Made by a program: the position numbers and the translations under genes | DNA from: the human T2T-CHM13v2.0 reference genome, Homo sapiens | Length of the DNA: 64,000 bases | Assembly: GCF_009914755.1 (NCBI RefSeq) | Contig: NC_060939.1 | Direction: 5' to 3' (one strand) | In this document: one piece after another, positions 12,931-25,785 of the stretch | Position numbering within the stretch: the stretch's first letter is position 1 | Layout of the letters: the number at the start of each line of letters is the position of its first letter | The notes under the pieces: generated by a model | Database searches by the model: none | Seen by the model: the letters and a program-made list of their open reading frames with translations, nothing else | Told to the model about the DNA's origin: nothing

Positions 12931-14790
12931 ATGATCTCATCTTCCAGAGCACCCTCTTTACTTTCCTATTTACTCTTTGCCTATCTATCCCTCCTGCTTC
13001 CTTGCATAACCCATACAATCACCCCTCCTCTTCCACTAGCTCCTATTTACCTCTACAAGACTCTCAACTTAACCCACTCTCTGTTAAACCAGTTCAATCC
13101 TTCCATGGCAAATGACTGTTGGCCTTGTATCTCTCTATCAACCTATGCTTAGGTTGCCATTCCTGTTCCTGCAAAAAAACTGGGTCTTTACCAACTTAAC
13201 CTACCACCCTCGTTATGAAGGAAAAGACCCTTTCTGACTTCTAAATATGCAATCATTAACCAACTTCCCCATCTTTGATGGGACCAAGAATACCCTAACA
13301 GGACGTGCAGTCCAACTTTTATGTTCTTATATTTCCAACCTCACCTATTACACAAGCAATGAAAAGCCCATACATAGCCCTGTAACTGTGAATACCATCT
13401 TAACTTTCCAAGCCCCTTTATGCATCTAACGCAACCTGTTACCAGGCCTGCCCCTGGGGCACCTACTACCCCATCTGTGTAATTTCACCCTACAACTTCA
13501 AGCCCCAACTGATCATAGTAACTTCCAAGTCCCCCAAACAGCTCCATTCGGATGGCTTGTCCGCTTCTCAGGGCCTCCAAAAATCATTACCTCCTCCCTG
13601 CTTAACAAATAGTCCAGGTTTTGTAATGGCAAACGTACTCCCTGCATGACCATTCACCCCTGGACCCCCTGCAGCAGCGCCCCCACCACTAGTGAATGCC
13701 TTCTCATCCCCTCTTTCAATCATTCTCTTGAATGGTTCCTAGTAGATACAAAACGGTTTTTTTCTCCATGGAGAAAACAGAACACAGGGAGCCACTCAGT
13801 TTGCTTTCAACACCCCTTTCCAGCCACTCACTGGAGCTACCTTGGCAAGTACTCTAGGAGCATGGGAAAATAAAAACGACAAACTCACATACCTTTTTAA
13901 CATACACAACTAGTTCTGTCTATCCAGCCAAGGTATATTCTTCTTATGTGGAACATCAACCTATATCTGCCTCCCCACTAACTGGACAGGCACCTGCACC
14001 TTAGTCTTCCAAAGTCCTAACATTAACATTGCCCCAGGAAATCAGACCCTATCAGTACCCCTCAAATCTCAAGTCCATCAGCACAGAGCCATACGACTAA
14101 TACCCCTACTTATAGGGTTAGGAATGCTACTGCTACAGGAACCGGAATAGCCAGTTTATCTATTTCATTATCCTACTACCACACACTCTCAAAGGATTTC
14201 TCAGACAGTTTGCAAGAAATAACAAAATCTATCCTTACTCTACAATCCCAAATAGGCTCTTTGGCAGCAGTGACTCTCCAAAACCACCGAGGCCTAGACC
14301 TCCTTGCTGCTGAGAAAGGAGGACTCTGCACCTTCTTAGGGGAAGAGTGTTTTGTTTACACTAACCAGTCAAGGACAGTACAAGATGCCACCCGGCATTT
14401 ACAAGAAAAGGCTTCTGAAATCAGACAACGCCTTTCAAACTCTTTTACCAACTTCTGGAGTTGGGCGACATGGTTTCTCCCCTTTCTAGGTCCCGTGACA
14501 GCCATCTTGCTATTACTCGCCTTTGGGCCCTGCATTTTTAACCTCCTTGTCAAATTTGTTTCCCCTAGGATGGAGGCCATCAAGCTACAGAAGGTCTTAC
14601 AAATGGAACCCCGTTTGTAAGTTGTTAGTTGAGCTCAACTAACAACTTCTACCAAGGACCCCTGGATCGACCCACTGGCCCTTTGGCTGGCCTAAAGAAT
14701 TCCCCTCTGGAGGAAACTACAACTGCAGGGCCCCTTCTTTGCCCCTATCCAGCAGGAAGTAGCTAGAGTGGTCATCGCCCAATTCCCAAC
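12931..14790 (+). pseudogene. env: ERV9 gamma-type env remnant
   Basis: Signal peptide, CWPC (CxxC), fusion peptide AIRLIPLLIGLG, ISD LQNHRGLDLLAAEKGGLC, CX6CC mutated to CX6CF, membrane anchor. Many stops. Confidence 0.9.
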
Positions 14791-14822
14791 AGCATTTGGG
14801 ATGTACTATTTAGAGGGGGGAT

Positions 14823-15429
14823 TGAGAGGTGAAGCCAGCTGGACTTCCTGGGTCCAGTGGGGACTTGGAAAACTTTTCTGTCTAGCTAGAAGATTGTAAA
14901 TGCACCAGTCAGTCCCCTGTGTCTAGCTAAAGAATTGTAAATGCACCAATCAGCACTCTGTAAAAATGCACCAATCAGCACTCTGTGTCTAGCTACAGGA
15001 TTGTAAATAAACCAATCAGCACTCTAAAAATGCACCAATCAATGCTCTGTGTCTAGCTAAAGGATTGTAAACACACCAATCAGCACTCTGTAAAAATGGA
15101 CCAATCAGCACTCTGTAAAATGGACCAATCAGCACTCCATAAAATGGACCAATCAGCACTCTGTAAAATGGACCAATCAGCAGGACATGGTCAGGGACAA
15201 ATAAGGGAATAAAAGCTGGTCACCCCAGCCAACAGTTGCAACCCGCTCGGGTCCCCTTCCACACTGTGGAAGCTTTGCTCTTTTGCTCTTCACAGTAAAT
15301 CTTGTTGCTGCTCACTCTTTGGGTCCATGCCACCTTTAAGAGCTGTAACACTCACTGCGAAGGTCCCTGGCTTCATTCTTGAAGTCAGTGAGACCAAGAA
15401 CCCACTGGAAGTAACCAACTCTGGACACA
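14823..15429 (+). repeat. 3' LTR12, 607 bp
   Basis: Preceded by the PPT AGAGGGGGGAT. Same termini as the 5' LTR, with extra CCAAT repeat units. Confidence 0.93.
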
Positions 15430-18400
15430 CAAGGAAATAAACTTCAAACCAATATCTCCTGAGAACATAAATACAGAAAACTGTTCAACAAAGTATTGAC
15501 AAATCAAATCTAACAATATATAAAAATTATAATACCTCACAACCAAATCTAGCTTATTCTGGTAATGCAAGATCAATTCAACATTCAAAAAAAAATCAAT
15601 GTAATTTACTATATTCATATATTTAAAAAATCATATAGTCCTACCAATAGATGCAATGAAAGAATGACAAAACTTAAAAGCCATTTTTGATTTAAAAAAA
15701 AACTCAGCAAACTGGGACTAGAAGAAAGGAACTGCTTTAACCTGATAAAGTACATCTACAAAATACCTGCAGCAAACATCCTACTTAATAGCAGACAATT
15801 TAATGCTTTCTCTCCTAATGTCAGGGGAAAAAAAAGATGTTCATACTTAGCATTTCTATTCAACATTTTGCTGAAATTTCTAGTCAGCAAATTGAGGGGA
15901 TATAGATTGGAAAGAAAGAAATATAACGTTTCTATTCACAGACAGCATAATAGTCTACGTAGAAAACTTTAAAGAATATGCAAAAAAGCTCCTAGAATTC
16001 ATAGGTGAGTTTAGCAAGACCCTAGGATATAAGATCAACACAAAATTTAGTCACATTTCTTTATACTAGAAATGAACAACTGGAAATCAAAATTTGAAAC
16101 AAAATACAATGGTACCAAAATTCAAGAAATACTTAAGTATAAATTTAACAAAATATGTATAGAATCTGTATTTGGAAAGCTATACTGATGAAAACAATCA
16201 AAGAACCAAATAAATGGAGATATATACTATGTTCATGGATTAAAGACACAGTGTTGTTTATGACATCAGTTTTCTCCAAATTGATTATAGATTCAATGCT
16301 ATAAAAAATCCCAGCAGAATCTCCTATAGATATTGCAAATTGGTTCTATTACTTATATGGAAAGGCAAAGAAAGTAGCAGAGACAAAACTATCTTGAAAA
16401 TGAAGTCAGAAGACCCATACTACCTCGTTTTAAGACTATTTTAAACCTACAAAAATCAAGTCACTGTGATATTGCTGAAAGATTATATACATAGATTAAG
16501 AAACAGAATAGAGTCCAGAAATAGACCCACATACATATGGTCAATTCACTTTTGACAAAGTCACGAAGGCAATTCACTGGAGAAAGAATAGTATTTTCAT
16601 ATGTTTCTGGAACAAGTGAATATTCATATAAAAAAAGATACTCAAATATACTTCACATCTCATAAAAAGTTATTCAAAATGAATCATAGACAATCTAAGG
16701 CTATAAAACTTTTAAATGAAAACAAATGGGGCAATCATTGTGATATTGTACCAGAGTTCTAGATATAATCCCAAAGGCATGCATGGTCCATTAAATAACA
16801 ACAAAATGTATTATACTTCTCCAACATTAAAAACATCTGCTCTGCAAAACATACTGTCTACAGAATAAAAATGCAAGCCATGAACTTCAAGAAAATATTT
16901 GCAAGTCATATATCTGAAAAAGACTTATATCCAGAGTAGATAACCCTCAAAACTCAGGAATAAGCAAATAATCAAACTTATAAAAATGAACAAACGATTT
17001 CAACAGACACTTCAACAAAGAAGATACACATGGGAAATAAACCCCTGAAAAATACTCTCAACATCATTAACCATTAGGAAAATGCAAAATAAAACCACAG
17101 TGAGATACCACTAAACACCTTTCAGAATGTCTAAAAATTTTAAAAAGCTGAAAATATCAAATCACCAGCAAGGATATAAACCAACTGGAGGGCTTATACA
17201 TTTTTGTTGGGAATGCAAAATGGTGGTCACATAGGAAAACCAAAAAGTAGAAATAAGAAGAAAATATATTGTCAAATATTTATTTATTCATTATGAATCC
17301 TACAGATCAGTGAGAAACACTAACAATATCAATAAAAAGAGACAACATCAATAAGCACTTCATTAAAAATGAAAAGCAAATGGCACAAAAAAGTGGAAAA
17401 AATTACAGATCCAGTGTTAAGCAAATAAATGAAAAGTGAAATATTAGATACTATTCTTCATGATTCACCACTGACAAGGATTTTTAAAATAACAGTATTC
17501 AGTACTCAAACTACTGGTAGCAATGTTATTTGTTAAAACTTTCCAGAACATGATTTGTAAATATCTGTCATGAACTATAAAAAATTTCATCCCCTTAGAA
17601 TCAGTAATTTTACTTCCACGAATGGATTCTAAGAAGTAATCAAAAATGAAGATAAAGATTTATATATAAATAAGCTCATCATGGCATTATTTTCAATACT
17701 GGAACAGTGGAAACAACCTTAATACACAAAAGGCTTATAACCAGTTGTGGCACAACTATAAAACAGAATAGTATTCAGCCACTAAAAAATATTTATGAAG
17801 AGTTTTTGATGACATGGGAAAATATTTCTGATGTAATAAGATTGAAGAAAGCAGGATAAAAAACTGTATATATTATGACACTGATAATATATATATAAAC
17901 ATGCATATATATTATTTTTAAGGTTAAGATTGCTTATATATGGATATTTATGTGTGTGTCTCTACAAAGAAATATAACCATTAAGGCTACCAGGCTAGAT
18001 TTTCTTATTCTATTTTTAAAAGATCTAAAATTTCTTTCTCAACTCTGATAGATGTTTTATATTTTAAAAATTATACTACTTGTATAATCAAAAAAATATT
18101 TTTAAATAATGTTTTCTTTTATGGCATATGATAAGACCTGGTTTTTATGTCTGCTTCAGCTGGAGACCCACGCTTTTTCATAAGATAATTTTATCTAAAG
18201 GGAAAATGCCAAGAATATAGTTTTCTTCAGGATTATATGATACAAGAAGCTTCACCACTCCCTGGATAGCCATGATCTCTTAGTGACAATGAAGATTTCA
18301 GTTCACATCACCTTAGGGTTTTATTGACCCCGTAATATCCATCAATATCACAAGAATAGGTTTTGTTTTATCCAAACCTGACTCAGAAAATTTTATAAAT

Positions 18401-19009
18401 GATAGCTTACAAGACTAAAATATCTTATCAATATCTTCTAATTTTTTTCGTCACTGTGTAACTCACATTCCATAATGAACATAGCAAAATGGACAGAATT
18501 GGAGTGTTATTTCATTAGTACAATGAGGCAATTATGTCAAAGCTGTCAATCATTCTAGACTTCTTGGTGCCTAGATATTATGCTTTTGTATATGCCAAGT
18601 TGCCTCAATTTTACCAATCAGATTCCTGTGCAGGAATATCATAAAATGTTATAGATGAGGAAAATGCAAGATTAAAGAATGTTGTTTAAAGCAATTAACT
18701 GGGGAAATAAGAAAAATAAATGAAATGAACAATTACCTGGACAAGAAGAATACAGGCTAAAAATAACATTCACCTTGGGTAATTCAGGAACATTTGCCTT
18801 GAAAGAATAATGGCAGATAATTGATTCAACTACCTACTAAGGGCCAAGAAATATACCTTAAATACTTTTACCTGAAGTAAAAGTATTATATAATTAATAT
18901 GAGGCATCATACACTATTAAAGACTTAATTCATTAAGTGACTCACTTTTGTTTGTTTACCGTGGAAAGATCAGTAGCTTGTATTGATTCATTTAAAAGAA
19001 GTGAGAGGT

Positions 19010-20322
19010 ATTTCTGCTTTCTTCTTAGGATATAAAAAGATGGAGAGGACATCCTTCTAATCCTTACAACAGCAAGAACAACAAAATGCCAGACTATTGT
19101 CAAATTTACAACTCATCTTGAACCCATGGGAGAGCTGAAGTTTCAGACAATAAAATCTAAGGAATATAGACGTGTTTAAGGAGAGACAGTCATGAGCACT
19201 TCTTAACTGGGGTAGATATTGCCAGACATCAGCAAGAAGAAACCAGCTAATATTAACCAATTGCTAAAGATCACATGTGAGCTAGGGAGAGAGTCCCTGT
19301 GAGACAAAGACATAAAGGCAATTTACAGTCCCCTGCAGGGTATTGCCACATACCTTGAGTTCACACTCACAAAAAATATTGGAGGCAGAGCAAGAGTCTT
19401 AATAAAGCATCCCTTGTGGGAACAGTAGCCACTGGGGGAAAGGATATGAAGCATCTATTCTTGGATCTTCTCCTCTATTTCCCTCATCAAACAAAAAGCA
19501 TAAGCTACCTAAGAACAGCAAATTATGTGCTTTTAGGGAACTGGTGAAAAACCATCACAGCTGAAGAACAGAAACTGAACAAGACCTCTATCCACAGGGA
19601 TGAGTAAGAATATGTGTTGGGGGATTGAGGAGGTGGGTGGGGGGCAGATCTGTAAGTAGGGGCTGGTCACTGTAACTCCTGAGTAGGAGTTAACCATCTA
19701 CTCCTGAGTAGATTGGCTCAACCCCCAATTGGTAAATGCCCAGCAGAAGGAAAAGTAGGCCCATTTCCAGGCATTACTTTTTTTTTTTTTTTTTTTAAGA
19801 CGGAGTTTCACTCCTGTTGCCCAGGCTGGAGCGCAATGGCACGATCTCAGCTCACCGCAACCTCTGCCTCCTGGGTTCAAGCGAATTCTCCTGCCTCAGC
19901 CTCCTGAGTAGCTGGGATTAAGGCATAGTCTCTACTTTCTTATGCAAGGTAACTGACTTTCAGCAAAAAGTTGTGTGGCTTACAAAAAACAGCAAGGACA
20001 AAAACCACACTATCAAGAGACAAACCAATCACCAGTAGATTCAGATATGGCACAGATGTTAGAACTATTAGGGAATTTAAAATAACCATGACTAATGTCA
20101 AGTGATCTAGTGGAAAAGGTGGACAAGGCACATAATCAGATGTTAATTTCAGCAGAGCTATGGAAGCAAAGAAATAATTAAGTGAAAACACAAGAAATGA
20201 CAAACACAATAAGAAATTTAAAATTCCTTTTCATGCTCATCAACAGACTCAACACAGTGAAGACAAGAATTAGTAAACTTGAAGACAGGATCATGGGAAT
20301 CAGCCAAACTGAAACACAAAGA
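19010..20322 (+). mobile_element. old L1M 5'UTR/ORF1 fragment
   Basis: A-rich ORF1-like coiled-coil coding sequence (CATCAACAGACTCAACACAG..GAATTAGTAAACTTGAAGAC). Confidence 0.6.
19778..19926 (-). mobile_element. 5'-truncated AluS (right-arm part, Sp/Sq-like)
   Basis: Poly-T followed by about 130 bp of the Alu right monomer. Confidence 0.9.
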
Positions 20323-20814
20323 GGTTGGGTACACTGAGGCCCTGTGTTGGTGAGTGGAGAGGGAAAGAAGGGCTCTCAGGAGTTTGAGAGCTCCTGGGAG
20401 ATGTCCTGGGTTGGCTTGATGGGGAAACCTACTCCATGTAACTAAATCCTCACAAACCCTATACTCTGAGCCGTCCTTTGCCCCTATTCATTTAGTCCCA
20501 ACATGAGCAATGCCAGTGCTCTCATCATCTGCCTGTGAGAAGAGACTAACCTTTGGTCCCTACATCCATGCAGACCCTTATCCTTCCTTTCTTCCTGCAG
20601 CAGGTCTTCCAGCTGATACCTGCGGCATTGATAATAGACACTCCATAGCTCAGCTTTAGGTTCGTAACAGTAAACGCCTTTGTTATATAGATATATAGGT
20701 GTCTCTTATCACTCTCAGCCTAGCCAGTATAGATAAAGCAGTGTGGGGCAAGTTTTCTCTACTGGAGTGCTATTTTTAGCACTTATACTTCTACTGGCTT
20801 AAACATACCTTACT

Positions 20815-21151
20815 GTGTGTTTTTTTGTTGCTGTTGTTTTTGTTTTTGTTTTTGTTTTTGTTTTTGTTTTGAGATGGAGTCTCACTCTGTCACCCAGGCT
20901 GGAGTGCAGTGGCGTGAACTCGGCTCACTGCAAGCTCCGCCTCCCGGGTTCATGCTTCTCCTGCCTCAGCCTCCTGAGTAGCTGGGATCACAGGTGCCCA
21001 CCATCATGCCTGGCTAAATTTTTTTTTGTATTTTCAGTAGACGGGGTTTCACCGTGCTAGCCAGGATGGCCTCGATCTCCTGACCTCATGATCTGCCCAC
21101 CTCGGCGTCCCAAAGTGCTGGGATTACAGGCGTGAGCCACTGTGCCCAGCC
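20815..21151 (-). mobile_element. AluY/Sc inserted in the foamy-like env
   Basis: 14-bp TSD AAACATACCTTACT at 20801-20814 and 21153-21166; (TTTTTG)n tail. Confidence 0.95.
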
Positions 21152-22077
21152 CAAACATACCTTACTCTTATGCACTGTATTTCATCTATGCTCATAAAGT
21201 TGTTCCCAATAAATACTATCATTGTTTACACCATGGATGCATCGTGGTGTAGGTCGCCATGTATCATACATAATGTTTGATACACACTGTGGGATCCTTG
21301 CCAGTGTCAGTTGACCTGATATTTTGCAATCAGGGAAAGAGTTTAGCTGGGCCAAGGTGGGAGATATGCCCTACTCCTTGACCTTGGAGTAGGGGCAAGT
21401 TCCCTTCGCTGAGGTGGCTGGATGGTGCTGCGGATCATGGAAGAAGGGTAGAAGTGCTGTGAGAGGGCCTTGAAGGGAGATAGCATTGCTAATGAATTTC
21501 CCCTGATTCCTTTGCATTTGGATGTGTTTTTGAGCCCTCAAGAGGAGGAGGAAAGGAAAACAGGAAAAATACTGTTGTTGCATCTAGGGCAGCTACTAAA
21601 GTCAATCACTTGACCTGGAGATGGGATGGATGGGCATGGTTCTGTACCCACCACCTTCAGTGTCGCCAATAGGACAGTCACTTGGCCACCTCAGACACAG
21701 AGGGAGTTCTTCCATGAGGGAAAAAAGAATGACTGTTATTGCAGCCATGGAGGCAGTTTGAAACCAGTTATCGTAGGGCATATTGTACAGGGAGTGAGGG
21801 GAATCATCACTGGGAGGAGGTACCAGATTCCATATGAAAACTAAGTCTTTCCGGGAGGGCTATCAGCAGCCTGCAGAGGGGTGTTTAAAGGCTTGGGATG
21901 TTATTTTGAATGAAGAAGTGATGGCATTAGTTTTATTGAATGATGCTGCATAATAAGCAATAGGTAAAATAACATGTGACCCTTGTCAAAAGAATAGAGA
22001 ACTGATTGCCTAGGTTGGTTAATGTGGGGGAAGGCTATTTCTGTCCAATTCTTGATCAAGAACTTGGTGGATTTGGG

Positions 22078-23546
<1,469 letters not shown>

Positions 23547-23885
23547 TACATATCCCCGTTAGGAGATATTCCTGAGATTATAAATTGGAGTACCTCACTG
23601 AGGCAGTTGCCATTTTGAGATGGTTGCTCTGTTAACATAGCTATATGAGAACTTGGGCATCAAAGAGAATAGCTGATAATATGCCTTGATGCAGAGAATG
23701 CATGATGATTTCATATGGGCATGCCCTTCTCAAATGGGCAGTGGTTTGCATTTGCTTTCTTCACTGAGGGAAGCTGATATTACTCTGTCTTATAGGAGCA
23801 AATAATGAAAAGGGGCCCCAGAATGTCTCAGGATTCTATGTAGAAAGGAAAAAAAAGGGAACCAAGAAAGAAAGGACAGAGTACC

Positions 23886-24810
23886 CTGTTTCAATTACTT
23901 TGGCTGTGTAACAAATGACTCCTAAACTTGGTGTTTTACAACAATTATTTTGCTCATAAATCTACAATTTGAGCAAAATATGGCTGAGATAGTACAGTCC
24001 TTAATCCACCTGACATCAATTCTGAGAACTGAAGTACAGAGGCTAGAATCATCTGAAAGCTCCCTCACTCATGTCTGGAAGCTGTTGCTGCCATTGACTA
24101 GAACCTTAGCTAGGGCTATTTGCCAGAAAACTCACATGTGACTTCTCTGTGTGGTCTCGGCATCCTCACAGCATGGTGTCTGGGTTCCAAGGGCTAAAGT
24201 ACAGAGTGAGAGCCAGACAGTAATGCTATGATGTTTTCTATCCTGGTTTTGTAACCACATAGAATCATTTCTACTGCATTCTACTAATTAGAAGCAATTG
24301 CCTAAAGCTGACATATTCAAAAAGTGGGAGAATTAGACTCCACTTTTTTGGGAAACATTTGTAAATATGTTTTTAAACCAACACCATCTGTCCACTGGCT
24401 ACAAATTATCCACATTCCTTCCACATGCAAAATACACTAAAACCCTCCAAAGATTCCCCCAAAGTTTGATTCATGCCAGCATCAGGCTCAGGCTCATCAT
24501 TCCTCCTTACCAGGTGTAGGTGTGGATGAAGCTCCTCAGGGACAGTTTCTCTCAGGGTGAACACCTCTGAACTGAAAAGACAATTTTCTACCCCAACTCA
24601 TCCAACATAAAATGGTGAATGAGGCAGAAGATAATCACTTTTGCACTAATAAGGAAAACAGAGGTACACAGGAGTCACTGGTTCATAGCAATTTTGAAAT
24701 CTAGCCAAGCACATGTTCCCAGTTCTTTAATTAGTTCTCAGTCTTGTGAATTTCTTGAAGTGAATGACCTTAGCTTTGTTCCGTAGCTCTATGCTCATGT
24801 CATCTTCCCT
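23886..24810 (-). mobile_element. MLT1 (H/G-like) LTR plus internal sequence
   Basis: GCTGTGTAACAAAT..CCTAAACTT, CCTCACAGCATGGTG, then MaLR-int CCACATGCAAAATAC. Confidence 0.7.
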
Positions 24811-25785
24811 ATTAGTTAGCTATTGCTATATGCATTAGTCCATTTTCACACTGCTATAAAGAATACCTGAGACTGGATAATTTATAAAGAAAAGGTTTAT
24901 TGACTCTCAGTTCTGCATGGCTGGGGAGGCCTCAGGAAGCTTGCAATCACGGCAAAAGATGAAGGGGAAGCAAGGCACGTCTTACAGGGTGGCAGGAGAG
25001 AAAGAGTGCAGGGGAAACTGGCACATTTAAATCATCAGATCTCATGAGAACTGCCTCATTATCACAAAAGCAGCAGTGGGGAAACTGCCTCCATGATCCA
25101 ATCACCTCCCACCAGGTTTCTTCCTTGACATGTTGGGATTACAATTCAAGACGAGATTTGGATGGGGACACAGAGCCAAATCACATCACTATGTAATAAA
25201 TAATTCTAAAACTCAGTGGCTTTAAACAGTAATTATTCTCTCTAACTATTCCTCAAGGTCAGAAATTCAGGAGCAGCTTGGTAGGAAGGTTCTGGCTTAG
25301 GATCTTTTATAAGGTTGCAGTCAAATCTTGGCCAGGGATGCAATCATCTGAAGGCTTAATTGGGCTGCAGAATTTACTCCTAAGGTGGCTCAAAATACAC
25401 AAAGCATATCACAGAGATTCAAGGTAACATTCCACATCCTCTTGGCATGACAGTTCTTCTCCATCATAGAAGGTGACTTATGTGCTTATCACTGTGCCGT
25501 AAATACACAGTGACTCATATGGCCAGCAAGTTGGTATTGGTCAATGGTCAGACGCCTCCATCTTTCTTTATGTGGGCCTTTCCATGGAATGCTTGGATGT
25601 TCTGGCTCTCCACAGAGCAAGTAATCAGAGAGCATAAGATAGAAGCCATCATGACTTGATGACCTAGCCCTGAAGTCACATATCATTTTCTCTGAATTCT
25701 ATTTTTAAAGATGCCTAGATTCAGTGTAGGAGGGAACTACACAAGCATGTAAATATCAGATGGTACTAGGAGCCATTGAGGAAGA
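24811..25785 (-). mobile_element. MLT1 (F/G-like) LTR, interrupted by an MSTA LTR and a ~120-bp insert
   Basis: AAAACTCAGTGGCTTTAAAC, GGTCAGAAATTCAGGAGCAGCTT, GGAGGGAACTACACAAG. Confidence 0.7.
24831..25188 (-). mobile_element. MSTA/THE1D solo LTR
   Basis: TGcATTAGTCCATTTTCACACTGCTATAAAG...ATCA, TSD CTATA/CTATG. Confidence 0.9.

Larger units (their letters stand above)
7617..15429 (+). mobile_element. ERV9 (HERV9/LTR12) provirus, defective, RT deleted
   Basis: Two LTRs with TG...CA ends, 4-bp TSD CAAG (7613-7616, 15430-15433), Arg-type PBS, gag-pro-RNaseH-IN-env remnants and a PPT. Confidence 0.95.
7321..17240 (+). mobile_element. old L1M ORF2 (host of the ERV9 provirus; L1 parts 7321-7616 and 15430-17240)
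   Basis: ORF2-like sequence is continuous across the provirus (CATTACCCTGATA..AAAACCAGAC | AAACCAATATCTC..GAACATA). Confidence 0.8.

Noticed and set aside
21367-21397. 9-bp stem hairpin CCCTACTCC/GGAGTAGGG within the env fossil
   Set aside because: A single short stem is expected by chance in 64 kb and has no functional support.
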